Shown here piece by piece: positions 1 through 11,742 of a stretch of 64,000 bases of DNA. The stretch spans positions 1,736,001 to 1,800,000 of the forward strand of contig ML978126.1 of the NCBI GenBank assembly GCA_010015805.1, read 5' to 3'. Numbering within the stretch: the stretch's first letter is position 1; every line of letters begins with the position of its first letter. Source of the stretch: Rhizodiscina lignyota (Eukaryota). The notes under the pieces were generated by a model that made no database searches, was not told the origin of the DNA, and was given only the letters and a program-made list of their open reading frames with translations. The position numbers were made by a program, and so were the translations under genes.

Positions 1-1115
1 GTGATCGATTGGATCCACTGGTCGTTGCTGAAGTCAATGAAATTCGAGAAAGGATCACGTAAGTGCATCTCCTTTGCCAGCTGAGATTGCTGCTGACCGT
101 ATTGGTGTACAGCCTCGAGGCGAAATACAGCGCGACAAGTTGGACTGAGCTTTTCAACAGGCGGAATATTGTCAGGACACATTGTGCCATATTCGCACAC
201 CTGTGGAGCCAGTAAGCTATCGAAAATGGTGTTCAGCCTGTAATGCTAATCAGAATAGATTTTCCGGGGTAAATGCTATGATTTACTACATTGTATACAT
301 CTTCCAGATGGCCGGCCTTTCGGAGAACTCGTCGCTCACTGCTGCCTCAATTCAATACGCGCTAAACGTCGTGATGACTGTTCCTCCTCTTCTATTTGCA
401 GATCGTTGGTCGCGCAGGTGGACTATGATGCTTGGCTCGTTAACAATGGCCTTCTGGTTGTTCACGGAAGGTTCTCTCATGGCGGTCTATGGACATCATG
501 TGCCCCATCTCAATGGCAATAAGACTCTCACGTGGGTGGTCGACAACTCCAAAGCATCCAAAGCCATCATCGCATCGTCATACTTGTTTGTCTGCTGTTA
601 CGCCATGACGTGGGGAGTAAGTGGTACCACCTTGAGAACGTCACATGTACTAATATTTGCGACTAGCCCATGGGTTGGATATATCCACCGGAAGTCGTTC
701 CGCTCTACATTCGAAGCAAGGCGGTGTCTCTTGCCACAGCAGTCAACTGGGGTGGCAACTTTGCCCTCACTTTCTTCACACCGCCCGGGTTCAAAAATAT
801 TCAATGGAAGGTATGTCGGCTTGTCTGGGGTGCAAATATTCGAGTCAACTAACGACTCATCGCGCGTAGGTTTACTTCATTTTCGGTACAATCTGCATGA
901 CCGCGCTCATCCACGTGTTCTTCCTCTTCCAGGAGACTCGCGGAAGGACCTTGGAGGAGATGGACGAAGTCTTCAACCAGAGCATCTGGGCGTTTAAGGT
1001 CCAGTACGTCAGTAAGCTGGATGAGGATATTGACAAGGCGAAAGTGTTGATCAATGAGGGCAAAGCCGCAACCATCGAGGCTGAGATTGTTGAAGGAGCA
1101 CAGCCCAAGTTGTAA
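1..1115 (+). CDS. MFS sugar porter (HGT1-like high-affinity hexose transporter), 5'-truncated, multi-exon
   Basis: Spliced fragments give SGVNAMIYYIVYIFQMAGL, ADRWSRR, WIYPPEVVPLYIRSKAVSLATAVNW and ETRGRTLEEMD. Introns at about 59-111, 211-258, 617-666 and 811-869 have GTAAG/GTATG donors and CTAAY/CTGAC branch sites. Confidence 0.9.
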
Positions 1116-2082
1116 TCCAGCGAGAGCCGTATTTGATGTTAAATAATCTTGTGCGAGTACTTGAATGATCAAATACTGTTCGCAAGAGCCTCACAGCCGA
1201 AGCTGCCGTTGAATCTCATATCATATATGCATGTGGGAGTACGAAAAAAGCTCATCATCCAGGATATGATATACGGTACTCCATATGTAAGCGGCAGACC
1301 AGACGTGTCAGGTCGTCGAGTCATCTTTTGGGTTAGTGTCAGCTTTTAATTCGCAAGGTAAGACTAGGCTGCTTCAAATCTGGTGACCTTGAAAAAAATG
1401 GGCGAGGTTCAAAGCATGCAGACTCTAGGCGAGAACCGGTGTGCAGAGGTTGATCGGATGCTGCAACTCGCAAGTTTTGGGTGTGCAAAATGCAGCGTGG
1501 CAATGTGATGTGGGCGATGTGGGTTTCCTTTATTGGCGCCGCCATTTGCGCAGCCAACCGCACGCAAATCAACTGCCTGAGTCAGTTAGCAACTGCCCCC
1601 TTTCGACCCTTGCGTCCGGCCAGAATTAGCTCCACATCGTCATTTCCAGCTGTCGAACTGACAGCACCGCCCATCTCCAGACGCTGCTCTCGCCTCGAAA
1701 TCCAATCAACCATTCTCCCGAAATGAAGAAGCCGCATCTTCTGATCGTCAAGTCACCGGGAGCACTCGCATCGTCGAGGTTCGACCTCGCAGACAATCCC
1801 CGCAAGTCCCAGATTCGCCATGGTTCATCTTCCAAACTTGGCACATGCGCACTGGATCATCAGCCCTCCATTGGTTGTGCGACTCCAGGAGGACTATAAT
1901 CCCGTCATCGTTTGCAATGATCGCTGCTGCATTGGTCCACATTACCTCTGCGGGTGACTGTTGACGGTAAACACTGCAAAAATTAGTGGTGAGCCCGGAA
2001 TGCATATATTCAGCGTGGAAGCCATGGTCTGCGCCCCACGGGTAGAAGCATTTAGCTGCTCTATAGGGCCTCGGAAAGCAAG

Positions 2083-3135
2083 ATGAAGGCGTTCATATCC
2101 CTGTCTGTATTTTTGCTATTAGGTTTGGGACAGGCTCGGACAGTCCAACTTCATTCCTCGCCTTCAAAGAGAGCGTCTGGGAACCACTTGCCTTTCCCAA
2201 TCAACCGAAATACACCACAGGGCGACAAGAACTACAAGGCGCCGACCTTTCCCATTCTGCCATTTGAAAAGTATTCTGGCAATCCAATCATCGCTCCAGA
2301 TGCGTCGCACAACTGGGAGTCTGCATACACGTACAACCCAACCGCCATCGTGCTGAAGGAGACAATCTTCCTTCTCTACCGCGCCCAAAATTCGAGCAAG
2401 ACCTCATCTATTGGCCTGGCATGGTCAACAGACGGGACGTCATTTACGCGTCTCCCTGATCCCATCGTCTATGCCACAGAGTCGTACGAGCAGGGAGGCG
2501 GCACAGAGGACCCGCGCATCATCCGCGTCAATGGCATCTTCTACCTTACATACACTGGATATGACACCAAGACCGCGCGGCTTTGTCTTGCGACTTCTAC
2601 CGATCTGCTACATTGGAATAAACATGGTCCCCTGTTTCCAAACTCGCCGCATAGCAAATCCGGCGCTATCATCGATCAGAAAGCCAGCGATGGACTGTAC
2701 CACATGTACCTTAACGACTCCAACATGGCTCAGGCGACCTCTCCCGACCTCATCAACTGGTCACTGACAGCAAAAGAACCATTCGCCAAGCCTGCAGACG
2801 ATTGGGACGCTGACTTGATCGAGCCTGGCCCACCGCCTGTGAAGACGTCGAATGGGAGCTTGATTCTCTTCTATAATGGCCGAGCCAACGGAAAGGGCGG
2901 CTATGTGGACACGTCTTACTCTACAGGCCAGATGCTGATTGACCCGACCGACGAGAATGGGCCGCTGAACAGACTGGCTAAACCATTCTTAATTCCGCAG
3001 ACGGCGCAGGAGACCCAAGGGCAGGTCCCTGAGGTGGTTTTTTCTGAGGGTTTGGTGCAGTACAAGGGGAAATGGTACTTGTATTATGGACAGTCGGATA
3101 CGACGCTTGGTGTTGCTATTGCTGATGTTCAGTGA
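2083..3135 (+). CDS. Secreted GH130-like five-bladed beta-propeller glycosidase (beta-mannosidase-like)
   Basis: Intronless 350-aa ORF with a hydrophobic signal peptide. Motifs YNPTAI, EDPRI, YLTYTGYD, KSGAI, EPGPPP, GQVPEVVFSEGL, YYGQSD. Confidence 0.8.
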   Translation: MKAFISLSVFLLLGLGQARTVQLHSSPSKRASGNHLPFPINRNTPQGDKNYKAPTFPILPFEKYSGNPIIAPDASHNWESAYTYNPTAIVLKETIFLLYRAQNSSKTSSIGLAWSTDGTSFTRLPDPIVYATESYEQGGGTEDPRIIRVNGIFYLTYTGYDTKTARLCLATSTDLLHWNKHGPLFPNSPHSKSGAIIDQKASDGLYHMYLNDSNMAQATSPDLINWSLTAKEPFAKPADDWDADLIEPGPPPVKTSNGSLILFYNGRANGKGGYVDTSYSTGQMLIDPTDENGPLNRLAKPFLIPQTAQETQGQVPEVVFSEGLVQYKGKWYLYYGQSDTTLGVAIADVQ

Positions 3136-3570
3136 TCGGGACTAGTGATGAGTTTGGCCTTATGATGGAATGAATGTTTACAGTTTGTTGTTTCGTATAT
3201 AGCAGAGATCTTGGTAGGGTTGTTGAGTTTTGTACTGATACCTGTACAGATTATTTAAGAGCACAGCAAGAGATGAGACTCTAGTCTATCTGTTTCAATA
3301 TAGTCGAATATGTTGACTTCCAGTCGGTGTTCGTTCGAGTATCGGCCAGTGGCCAATCTGAATTTCGGCATCTTCGGTTTCCCCGCGCTCCACCATATCG
3401 GGATTTCCAGATCGCTTCGAGACCCATGATTTTGCGGGGAAAGCTCATCAACGGTGTATTTCGGTAAATACTGTTTTGTTGCTACGTTTGATTTTGGAAC
3501 TCATATTAGCGATGTCTTGCTGACTATTCCACCATCTTGACCCTGTACATCCTCCAGCAAATTCGATACC

Positions 3571-4665
3571 ATGGAGTACACGCGATATCAAGGCATCAAA
3601 GAGACTACAGCAGAACTCGAATGGGCCGATCTAATCACCATCGACCTCTCCAAATTCGACGAACCAGGTGGAAAAGCCAAGCTAGCTGCACAGCTTAAGC
3701 ACGCCATCTCCACGGTCGGCTTCTTCTACGTCACGAACTTTGGACTGTCTGAAGAAGAGGTGGACGAGCAGTTTGCTCTCGCGAAAGCAATATTCGACCT
3801 TCCTGCTGAAGAGAAACAGAAATATCGGGTAGATCCGACGAAGCAAGGTTTCTTCGGATGGAAGCCGAGAGGGTCTCGCAAGCAACAGCACGGTTTAGTC
3901 GATAATCTGGAACTGTACGACGATCCAAAATGGAACGACGTGTACAAATATACGCCACGCCCTCCGCCTTTGGTCGAAGCGCACGAGAAGGCCGAGCAGT
4001 TCCAGCGGCATTTGGCCTTTGTATTGAAACGTTTGTTGATCCTCTCCGCGATCATCATGGAGCTTGATGACGAGGAAGCGCTGTGGAAGCTGCACGATTA
4101 CGAATCGCAATCGCAATGTCACTTACGATATATGCTGTACCACCCACGAACGCCGGAGGAGCTAGTAAAAATGCAGGAGCATGACATCAAGCATAACGTG
4201 TACGGCCACACGGATTTCGGCTCCTTTACGCTGCTCATGCGCCAACCTGTTGCTGCACTGCAAGTCCGTCCATATGGCGAAACAAAGTGGAAGTGGGTCA
4301 AACCGCTGAAGGGAAGCATTACTGTGAACGTTGCTGACACCCTCTCATTCCTCACTGGAGGATATTTGGAGAGCTCGATTCATCGAGTGGTACTGCCGCC
4401 AGAAGACCAGCGAAATGTACCACGATACGGTGTCATTTACTTCTCTGGTCCGGATGATACGACACTGCTGAAGCCAGTTCAGAGTCCGCTGCTGGAGAGG
4501 GGCCGGGTCAAGGAGAACCAGAACAACAATCGATCCATGCCTCCGGATGGAGTGACGGCTGGCGAGTGGGTGAAAGTCAGGTTCGGTAGTATTGATGTGA
4601 ACTATGCCAACAACAAGGACAATAAGGTTGTCGTGAAGAGTGTTGAAGTGGTGAGCTATGCGTGA
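3571..4665 (+). CDS. 2-oxoglutarate/Fe(II)-dependent dioxygenase (isopenicillin N synthase-like fold)
   Basis: LITIDLS...VGFFYVTNFG N-terminus, HTDFGS (HxD), LQV, NVADTL and distal His in SSIHRV. Confidence 0.9.
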   Translation: MEYTRYQGIKETTAELEWADLITIDLSKFDEPGGKAKLAAQLKHAISTVGFFYVTNFGLSEEEVDEQFALAKAIFDLPAEEKQKYRVDPTKQGFFGWKPRGSRKQQHGLVDNLELYDDPKWNDVYKYTPRPPPLVEAHEKAEQFQRHLAFVLKRLLILSAIIMELDDEEALWKLHDYESQSQCHLRYMLYHPRTPEELVKMQEHDIKHNVYGHTDFGSFTLLMRQPVAALQVRPYGETKWKWVKPLKGSITVNVADTLSFLTGGYLESSIHRVVLPPEDQRNVPRYGVIYFSGPDDTTLLKPVQSPLLERGRVKENQNNNRSMPPDGVTAGEWVKVRFGSIDVNYANNKDNKVVVKSVEVVSYA

Positions 4666-5816
4666 AAGGTAACTCAATCTTGATATGGCGGAGTATAATT
4701 AGGAATGATAAGCGAAACTCCTGTTGATGAGACAGGCGAGAAAGGTCTGGAGGAGGCTGGGGACTGTGGAGAAACCAATCTTGGCTCGGGAGCTCCGGAA
4801 TCGGAAATAGCAAGGGAATGGCGTTGGAGCGGAGCTCTTGGCGCGCGCTAACAACCGCCAGGGCCTCCCCATCCTGTCTCCCTGTCTCCTGGCTGGCCCA
4901 TACAGGAGTTTTTGCGATGTCTCTCATTTACATCAAACATGTGGAGCTTTGGTTATACAGCACTTTCCTTTGATGGGCGTCTTCTATACAGTGACACACT
5001 TTTCAGCGGAGCTCCCCGTCATGCCGATGGAAAGTTCTCCCGCCAGCCTCGTATTCTGGCGCCCGAACTAGTCATGAGCTTGATCTCCACAGGGCCACGT
5101 CCAGCTAATGAGAAAATGAACCAGATCTCTACCATGGGCCATCCTATAATTTATGCCTGTCATTCCGCTTTCCCAAAGTCTCCAATTTGCGAGCTGGCGG
5201 CCCTAACCCTCTGTGCTATTCTTAGCAGAACCAAGTGCCCGGAAAACGCCGCTCGTAAAGTCTACGAGAAGGAGTGAGAAATGAGTCGAAACAAAGCTCA
5301 CGCCATTTAAAAATGCATCTATCGATCCGTAACCGCCCCCAATGACATTTCGGCCCTATTCCGAACGACTTTTTCGCCATCAGTTTAGCGCTGCTTCACC
5401 ACGCCGCAAGCATAGGGCTTAAAAGAAGCGTGGCTGGGCACTGCCGTGGGGAAGTCACGATGCGCGAGCTACGTCTTGCCATTACGAGGTCCCTTGGCGA
5501 AGGATTCCATGTATACCCAAGATTCCCCAACTGAATCGTGCTTCCCTTTGAGAGACATTTTTAGCTCATGGGACGCCTGAATGATCTCCACATCTACCCT
5601 CGGGCCTGTCTTTGAAGCTTCTCTCCTCCAAACCTCGCATAATTGCATGATGTATTCAGCTCCAAATCTACGCGAGTCAACTCGAGGGACAATCAAACGG
5701 CCGGATCGGTTGCACTGCAACATACTCCATCTCCTCCAACAATATTCAGACTCCGACTTTAGAACTAAAATATTCGTCATTCTGTCAATAGCAACCTTTA
5801 TCTTCATTCTCTCGAA

Positions 5817-6469
5817 ATGCACACTCCCTGTCTTATTTTGGTATCTCTCGCAACATCTATCGCCGCCACCCACTGCTCTGGATACACTCATGCCATCGGA
5901 AAGGCTATCAACCGGGGGAAGGCTAACAACGAGGAACTCCACACATGTATGCTCCAATCCTCCACTTCCGATACTCAGAGCTCTAACATAACCAGGGCAT
6001 GTCTATGATACGTATTGCAATATCGTGGAAAGCGTAACAACAAGCCAAAATCCATGCTCCGATTCTTCTGGCATCTTTAGCTGCAGTACCAGACCAAACG
6101 CTTTTACTAGCTACAAGAATTCAAAGACTGGCATACGCTACTCGTGCGACAAAGCCTCGCCTTTCGACCGGTGCGGCGGCAAAGCAATGCTTGTTTGTGT
6201 ACGTTTTTCGCCTGTCTTTGGGATATAAACCTAATCCCAATTCATAGTGCCGATCAGAAGCGCCTTGGTTGTACTCGTTGGTCGAACAACACCTTCTCAC
6301 GACTAATATACATCAAATCATCTATCCGGCCGCTCGATACATCTTCGTCTCGATTTCAGCGTGCATTTTGTCTCACTACTTCTTCCGCCTACTATTCAGG
6401 ATTATCATCATCTGCATCAGCGGCATCCGGGCATTCAGATTACGAAGAGACGGCATTTTTACCTATTAA
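5817..6469 (+). CDS. Small Cys-rich putative secreted protein (2-3 exons; 3' end uncertain, 6228 or 6469)
   Basis: Signal-like MHTPCLILVSLATSIAA. Intron 5947-5995 (GTATGC...CTAAC...CAG) joins in frame to WHVYDTYCNIVESVTTSQNPCSDSSGIFSC...SCDKASPFDRCGGKAMLVC. A second possible intron lies at about 6199-6248. Confidence 0.55.
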
Positions 6470-6533
6470 GCAACTTTGGGATGGCCACTTGTACGAATTA
6501 CGCTCTGTATGACTTTGTACAATATCTGCACCG

Positions 6534-7901
6534 TCACAGCCTGGCTCCACTCTTCTCCTTCTCCTTCATCTTCCTCACTCTCGCCAAGGCGGCATCCAGA
6601 CTTCTTCGCGTGTTCTCGAAGTACACGTGGCTAAACTCGCTGCTGGCCTGTCCGCTTATTGTCCGCGCTTGTATGCCATGGCTAATCGTCCCACCGCGGA
6701 CATAGTGGAATATCTGTGCGATCTGCCAGTCCTTCCCTGCGCCGTCTTTCCTCGGATCGAATCCAACAATCTGCGAGTATCTATCGAGCAACTCATCTGG
6801 ATCCGGCATTCCAGACTTCGCACGATTCGCAGGACGATACGGACTTTTAGCGGCTGCAGCACCTTGCTCAGGATGTCCAGCCTTCGTCGCCTCATTCCAG
6901 TACGGCCCAACCACGTACACGGCGTCCATGAGCGGGTGTCCGATGGTCGAAAGCTCCCAATCCAGAATAGCGATCACTCGCGGCTCGGTTGGATGTAGAA
7001 CAACGTTGTCGAACTTGTAGTCTCCGTGCACAATGGCATATCGGTCGCCTGGGAGGTTCTGCAGTACATACTCGACGATCTCTTCATAATGTGGGTGGGC
7101 GCGGCCGAGGAGCTGGCCGGTCTTGATATCCTTGACTTTCGCTTGCTGCGCTTCAATGCGTGAGAAGGTCCTGCAGTGGCGTGCGTAGAAGCCTGTTTTC
7201 TTGCCGTATCCTTCGAGGCCGATAGAGTCAGGGTCGATACTGTGGAGCCAAGCTAGTGTTTCGACGAGGGAGAACCAGCTGTATGAAGTCAGTACCAGGA
7301 TACGAAGTATGAGTGCGGATTTGATGCCGGAGAGTCGGAGCATTGATTAGAGTAAGCGATGCGGCCGACTTACGCCTTTCTTCGGTCTGAAGGTGATAAC
7401 TCTCCAAGGTCTGGGTCGGTTATGATGCGTCCTTTGACAAACTCCATTACATAGAAAGCAGTTCCGATGACGTTCGGATCCATGCATAACGTGTAGACTT
7501 TTGGTACTGGGAATCCTGGGACTTTGCCTAATGCAGCTATGACTCGATACTCTCGGTCTACCTGGTGCGCGACAGGCGATATTATTGTACCGGAGGGCTT
7601 CTTGCGGAGGATAAAACGTGTACCACTGTATATATAATGAGCACGTGCTCCAATTTAACCCGAGGTGGAATGAGCGTTAGGATGAATGGCAAATGATTGG
7701 TCGTGAAATGGTTTTCAGAACATAAATGGAAACATACGCTGCATCGTCAACGAAATATGTAGGATTACTTTGTCCATAGCCAATCTTTGTCGACGTTACC
7801 GGTAGCTTCAGCCCGGGTATTGAGCCCGTAGAGAGAAGGTATTCTCCAAGTGCGGAGTCGTTAAGCTGGTGTCGTTTGCTACCTGGAGGACTCGGATTCA
7901 T
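6534..7901 (-). CDS. APH/phosphotransferase family protein (ACAD10/11 N-terminal-like), 3 exons
   Basis: GYGQSNPTY, ILRKKPSG, AHQVDREYRVI, FYVMEFVKGRI, VHGDYKFDN and ILDWELSTIGHP motifs. GT-AG introns at about 7628-7737 and 7279-7373. Confidence 0.9.
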
Positions 7902-8472
7902 GACGACTGAACTGAGAGATGTGCAATTCTTGAAGAGAGCAAAATAATGAAATGAAAAGGCGACTAAAGGATTCGCATTTGGATATCCGCCTTGAACATA
8001 TCTGCGAATGAGATGGTGTTGAAAGTGCCGGATTCTGCCGAGGAACCGATGCGGAGAAGACCTGGAGAGAGTTGTGGAGTCTCCACAAGTGCCATCCTTA
8101 CGAACGTCGAACCGAGATATAAATCTCTCGAGCGACAAGAGCTCGTCGGCACTGGCGAAAAGTGCAATACACTTGCACCCCGGCAACTGGCAACCATTCG
8201 CGGCTTCACAACCTCCCGCACGGCCCTTGGCTGGTGGATGCGAATTGTCATACCCTAGGCCTACACATCAAACCCCCGCTGTTAAGTGGACATTGTGGAT
8301 TGAATATCTTGCTCGAGTAATACTTGTAGGCTCCGACTTGGGAGAAGTCGTAACTATCGAGCACATTGAACCTCGTTAACTGGCAAATCTTGCTCGACCC
8401 AGCAGGCGGGCTTCACTCCGCGTTTTGGACCAAAACCATCAGAGATCTGTACTCCAAATAACAGACTGCAAA

Positions 8473-9378
8473 ATGACTACAGCATCGAGACCTCTGCCTT
8501 CTGGCATCTGGGACTGCCATTTCCATATCATGGATCCCGACACCTTTCCATATGGGGCGCATCGATCGTACACCCCGGCGGGCGCCACCATGGAGATGCT
8601 CAGGGAATCGACTCCTGCACAAAACTTCCTGCTAGTGCAAGCTTCAGTCGAAGATGGAGAGGCTGGAATTCTGCACCACCTCGAAAGAGCCAAGACTGAA
8701 TGGCCGAACAGCATCTGGCGCGCCGAGATTGAAGTGCCGAAAGATCGCGACTTCAGCAAAGAAGATCTGGAAAAGATGCATGAATTGGGCGTCAGAGTTG
8801 TCCGTCTGCACGGTGAGATTGGCAACACGGGCAGCGATCCCAACCAGTATATCAAGGAGGAATTCGTCAGACTCGCGAAAGTTTGTCGAGAGACAGGGTG
8901 GATTATATCGTCAATGTCTCCGCTTACCGCGTGGATCGAAGTCATCCCATGGCTTGTTACCGATCCTCAATTCATGGGCATCAGGTTCATCATCGAGCAC
9001 AGCGCTCGAGCAGATCCAAAGCGAGACGTCCATGACTACCCCGAGCTCGACAAGTTCCTCCAACTGGCACTGGCCAACAAAGACCGCATCTACGTGAAAG
9101 TATGTGGCATCAACCGCCGAGAACTTCCTAGCGATCCTCCCGGCAAGATGAAGGCGCTCCCTCAGGCCGATATCAAGATCGCCACCACACTTCCGGACAA
9201 TGTCATTTGGGGATCGGATTGGCCTCATACAAATAGCCATGGCCAGCCGAGGGAAGAGTGGACTCCAAACAAGGCAGTTGATCTCCACAATGAGCTGAAT
9301 TTGCTGCAGCAAGCATTGCCTGAGGATTTACTCGACAGGCTTCTGGTTGGCAACGCTGCGAAGCTATTCTCTTCTTAG
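8473..9378 (+). CDS. Amidohydrolase_2 family TIM-barrel hydrolase (LigI/lactonase-like)
   Basis: WDCHFH, LVQAS, IIEH and WGSDWPH motifs. ATG at 8473 (MTTAS). Confidence 0.85.
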   Translation: MTTASRPLPSGIWDCHFHIMDPDTFPYGAHRSYTPAGATMEMLRESTPAQNFLLVQASVEDGEAGILHHLERAKTEWPNSIWRAEIEVPKDRDFSKEDLEKMHELGVRVVRLHGEIGNTGSDPNQYIKEEFVRLAKVCRETGWIISSMSPLTAWIEVIPWLVTDPQFMGIRFIIEHSARADPKRDVHDYPELDKFLQLALANKDRIYVKVCGINRRELPSDPPGKMKALPQADIKIATTLPDNVIWGSDWPHTNSHGQPREEWTPNKAVDLHNELNLLQQALPEDLLDRLLVGNAAKLFSS

Positions 9379-9383
9379 TAGTC

Positions 9384-9645
9384 ATCACAAACAAGAATAT
9401 AAGCGAGTTTACAACCTTTTCCACGCTAAGTGCCAGCATCCCTCAAGAGGCTCCTACTCTACTATCTTTTCTTACCTGCCTTTAGATAGATTATACTTTA
9501 ATTTCCGTTACGTTCAACTTGCTGCTTGATATATAACCCGAGTATCATCTTGAATTAATATAGTATTCTCTAGATTGCATAGCTTCAACGAGCTTGACTT
9601 ATTTAATCGAAGAGCCTGGCTAGGCTCTGTGTCCAAATGACATCA
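9384..9645. repeat. Left copy of a long degenerate inverted repeat (partner 14560-14985), RIP-like
   Basis: 9384-9460 matches the reverse complement of about 14907-14983, 9455-9552 matches about 14770-14866, and 9562-9643 matches about 14561-14645. Differences are mostly CA>TA and TG>TA transitions. Confidence 0.9.
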
Positions 9646-10002
9646 CTAAAGTATTGTGCGAGGAAGCATAACTTCTAAGAGTGATTGCGAATATCTAGAC
9701 AGCATGGAGGAGTTGAAGCGCGAAGGAAGCCTAGTTGTGGCGGGTGCTCAACGCTAGCCAATATTTAGCCGATTGAGGCGCAGCCGGACAAATATGCAAA
9801 CTAGCCGTATTTAGCTATACAGTACAGTTGATATAACCTAATTGGTACCAGCTAAAAGTCCGTTAACGACCCTTTATTTCTTGAACTGCTTCGTGCAGTG
9901 CAACTTTCTCTCCAAATTTCTCTCACACACTGCCTCTGACCTACAACACAAGTGTCTTCTTGGTTCTGATAGCCGTAAAACGATTCTGAATTCGTCTGTA
10001 TC

Positions 10003-10637
10003 ATGACCGATTCTCGCAACGACGGTGGGGCACGTCGCCTCGCGGGGGTTGAAGGTACGATTGAATCCAATCAGTCAAGTATTGCTCATAACATTTCTCA
10101 GCAGCAATGGACCGGCCAGAATTGGCGGCGAGCGAGAAGGCATTGGATAAAGAAATCTATGATTTGAAGAAAATTTTATCAATGGCGGAAGCAGATCTCG
10201 ATGAAGAAGCGTTTGCCGAACGGACCAAAGAACTTGGCTCGCAATTCCTACAGAGAGACTTCTACCTTCATGATCTCCGTTCATCCAATGATCGCGAATT
10301 GCGTTTAATGAAAGATCGGGAGGTTCTCAAGCCGAACTTCAAATTACTCCTTGTAAGCTCGTCCGAATCTCCGTTTCATTGCGTTGGATATAAATGGCTG
10401 ATTGTTACGAAGGGTGTTCTGATTGAACACCATTCAACCGATGGCATAATGGCTGATGGTACCGACCTGAATGCCATTAGACTCCAGTTTGACACCAAGA
10501 TGAAACGATTGCAAAAGTTGGTGGATGCGGGCAAGCAGCAACATGCAGCATACGACCACAATGGTATCGAAGATGGTGAGCGCGAGTCTAACAGAAATGC
10601 GGTCATCGATCAGTCTGAATGGTCGCTGGAGGATTAA
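10003..10637 (+). CDS. Orphan helical/coiled-coil protein, 3 exons
   Basis: ATG 10003. Introns of about 10055-10101 (GTACGA...CAG) and 10353-10412 (GTAAGC...GCTGA...AAG) give a continuous frame of about 175 aa rich in E/K/L/R. Confidence 0.55.
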
Positions 10638-10819
10638 TTCTCGTCTTCAATGGCTCGTTCATTCGCGCAACTCTCAGAGTTTAAAGGCCAGCGCATAACA
10701 CCCGTGACGCTCCTTTTGCAACAGTGCGCTCCCCCACCTTTAAGTTCGACACAACCTCTATTGCAACACACTTCATCACACAAATTCATCATTCATCAAA
10801 CGTATATCCTTTAACGCGA

Positions 10820-11289
10820 ATGTCAATCGCAATGGCATCAGATATGCTTGCCAGACTTAATGAGAAGGAAGCGCAGGCGAAGGCATTACGAGCTCAAGTC
10901 AACGAAAATCTTTCTCCAAGACAGAGGCATATTATCAGGACTCGTATGCGAATTGAAACACTCGAAACCGTTATCGAAAGGGAACAATTCTATTCGCAAC
11001 TGTTCGAAGCGTATGGAGCATACCTCAAAAGTGAGCCACGAGACCTCGCCGGCGGGGGCCAATGGATACCGGAAGGTTTGTCAATGTATGCAATCATATT
11101 AGTGCAAAGCTAATGCGATTATGCAGGCGATCCTCTCGATGAGTACAACAAACTTAAAACCATCCTTACCTCACTCGATCCACGATACGTCAAAGAAGTT
11201 GAGAGTCGTCAAGCCAACGAACGCAAGCTGCTGGATCAGTTGCAGGAGGACAATAAAGCTGGCAACACCACGTCCACCAGCTCTGACTG
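10820..11289 (+). CDS. Orphan coiled-coil protein, 2 exons
   Basis: MSIAMASDMLARLNEKEAQAKALRAQ...QWIPE, then an intron (GTTTGT...GCTAAT...GCAG, about 11076-11126), then GDPLDEYNKLK...NTTSTSSD*. Confidence 0.55.
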
Positions 11290-11742
11290 ATAATACAAAG
11301 GCGCAATCAGGATGCTAGGCAAGGCATAGGAGGCTATGGTGTATGGTTGGGCTTCAATTGGCAGTACTGGAAATTACTTAGCCTCTCTGATTTGATTCAA
11401 TGGCTCTGAATCAATCACCAACCCCGATACGGCTTGAAGGCTCACATGAAATTGTTTGCATCACCGTTACATCAATCGTTATCATCAGAGATCGTGAAGT
11501 CGTGATGCATTTCAATGTTAATGCCATGTAAGAAGAGATTTACCACGCCCCATCGTATGATTATGTGCAATCAATGCCCAGCTCCGTTGGATTATCATGC
11601 AATTGAGCCCATTCAATGCATCATTCAATGCATCATTCAATTGACAACGCCGATCAGTTACCGAATCCATTCCGATTTTAGCCATTGCTGCCATTTCGCA
11701 CAATCGCATCCACTAACGCTATGCAGGACGCAGAATCAGATG

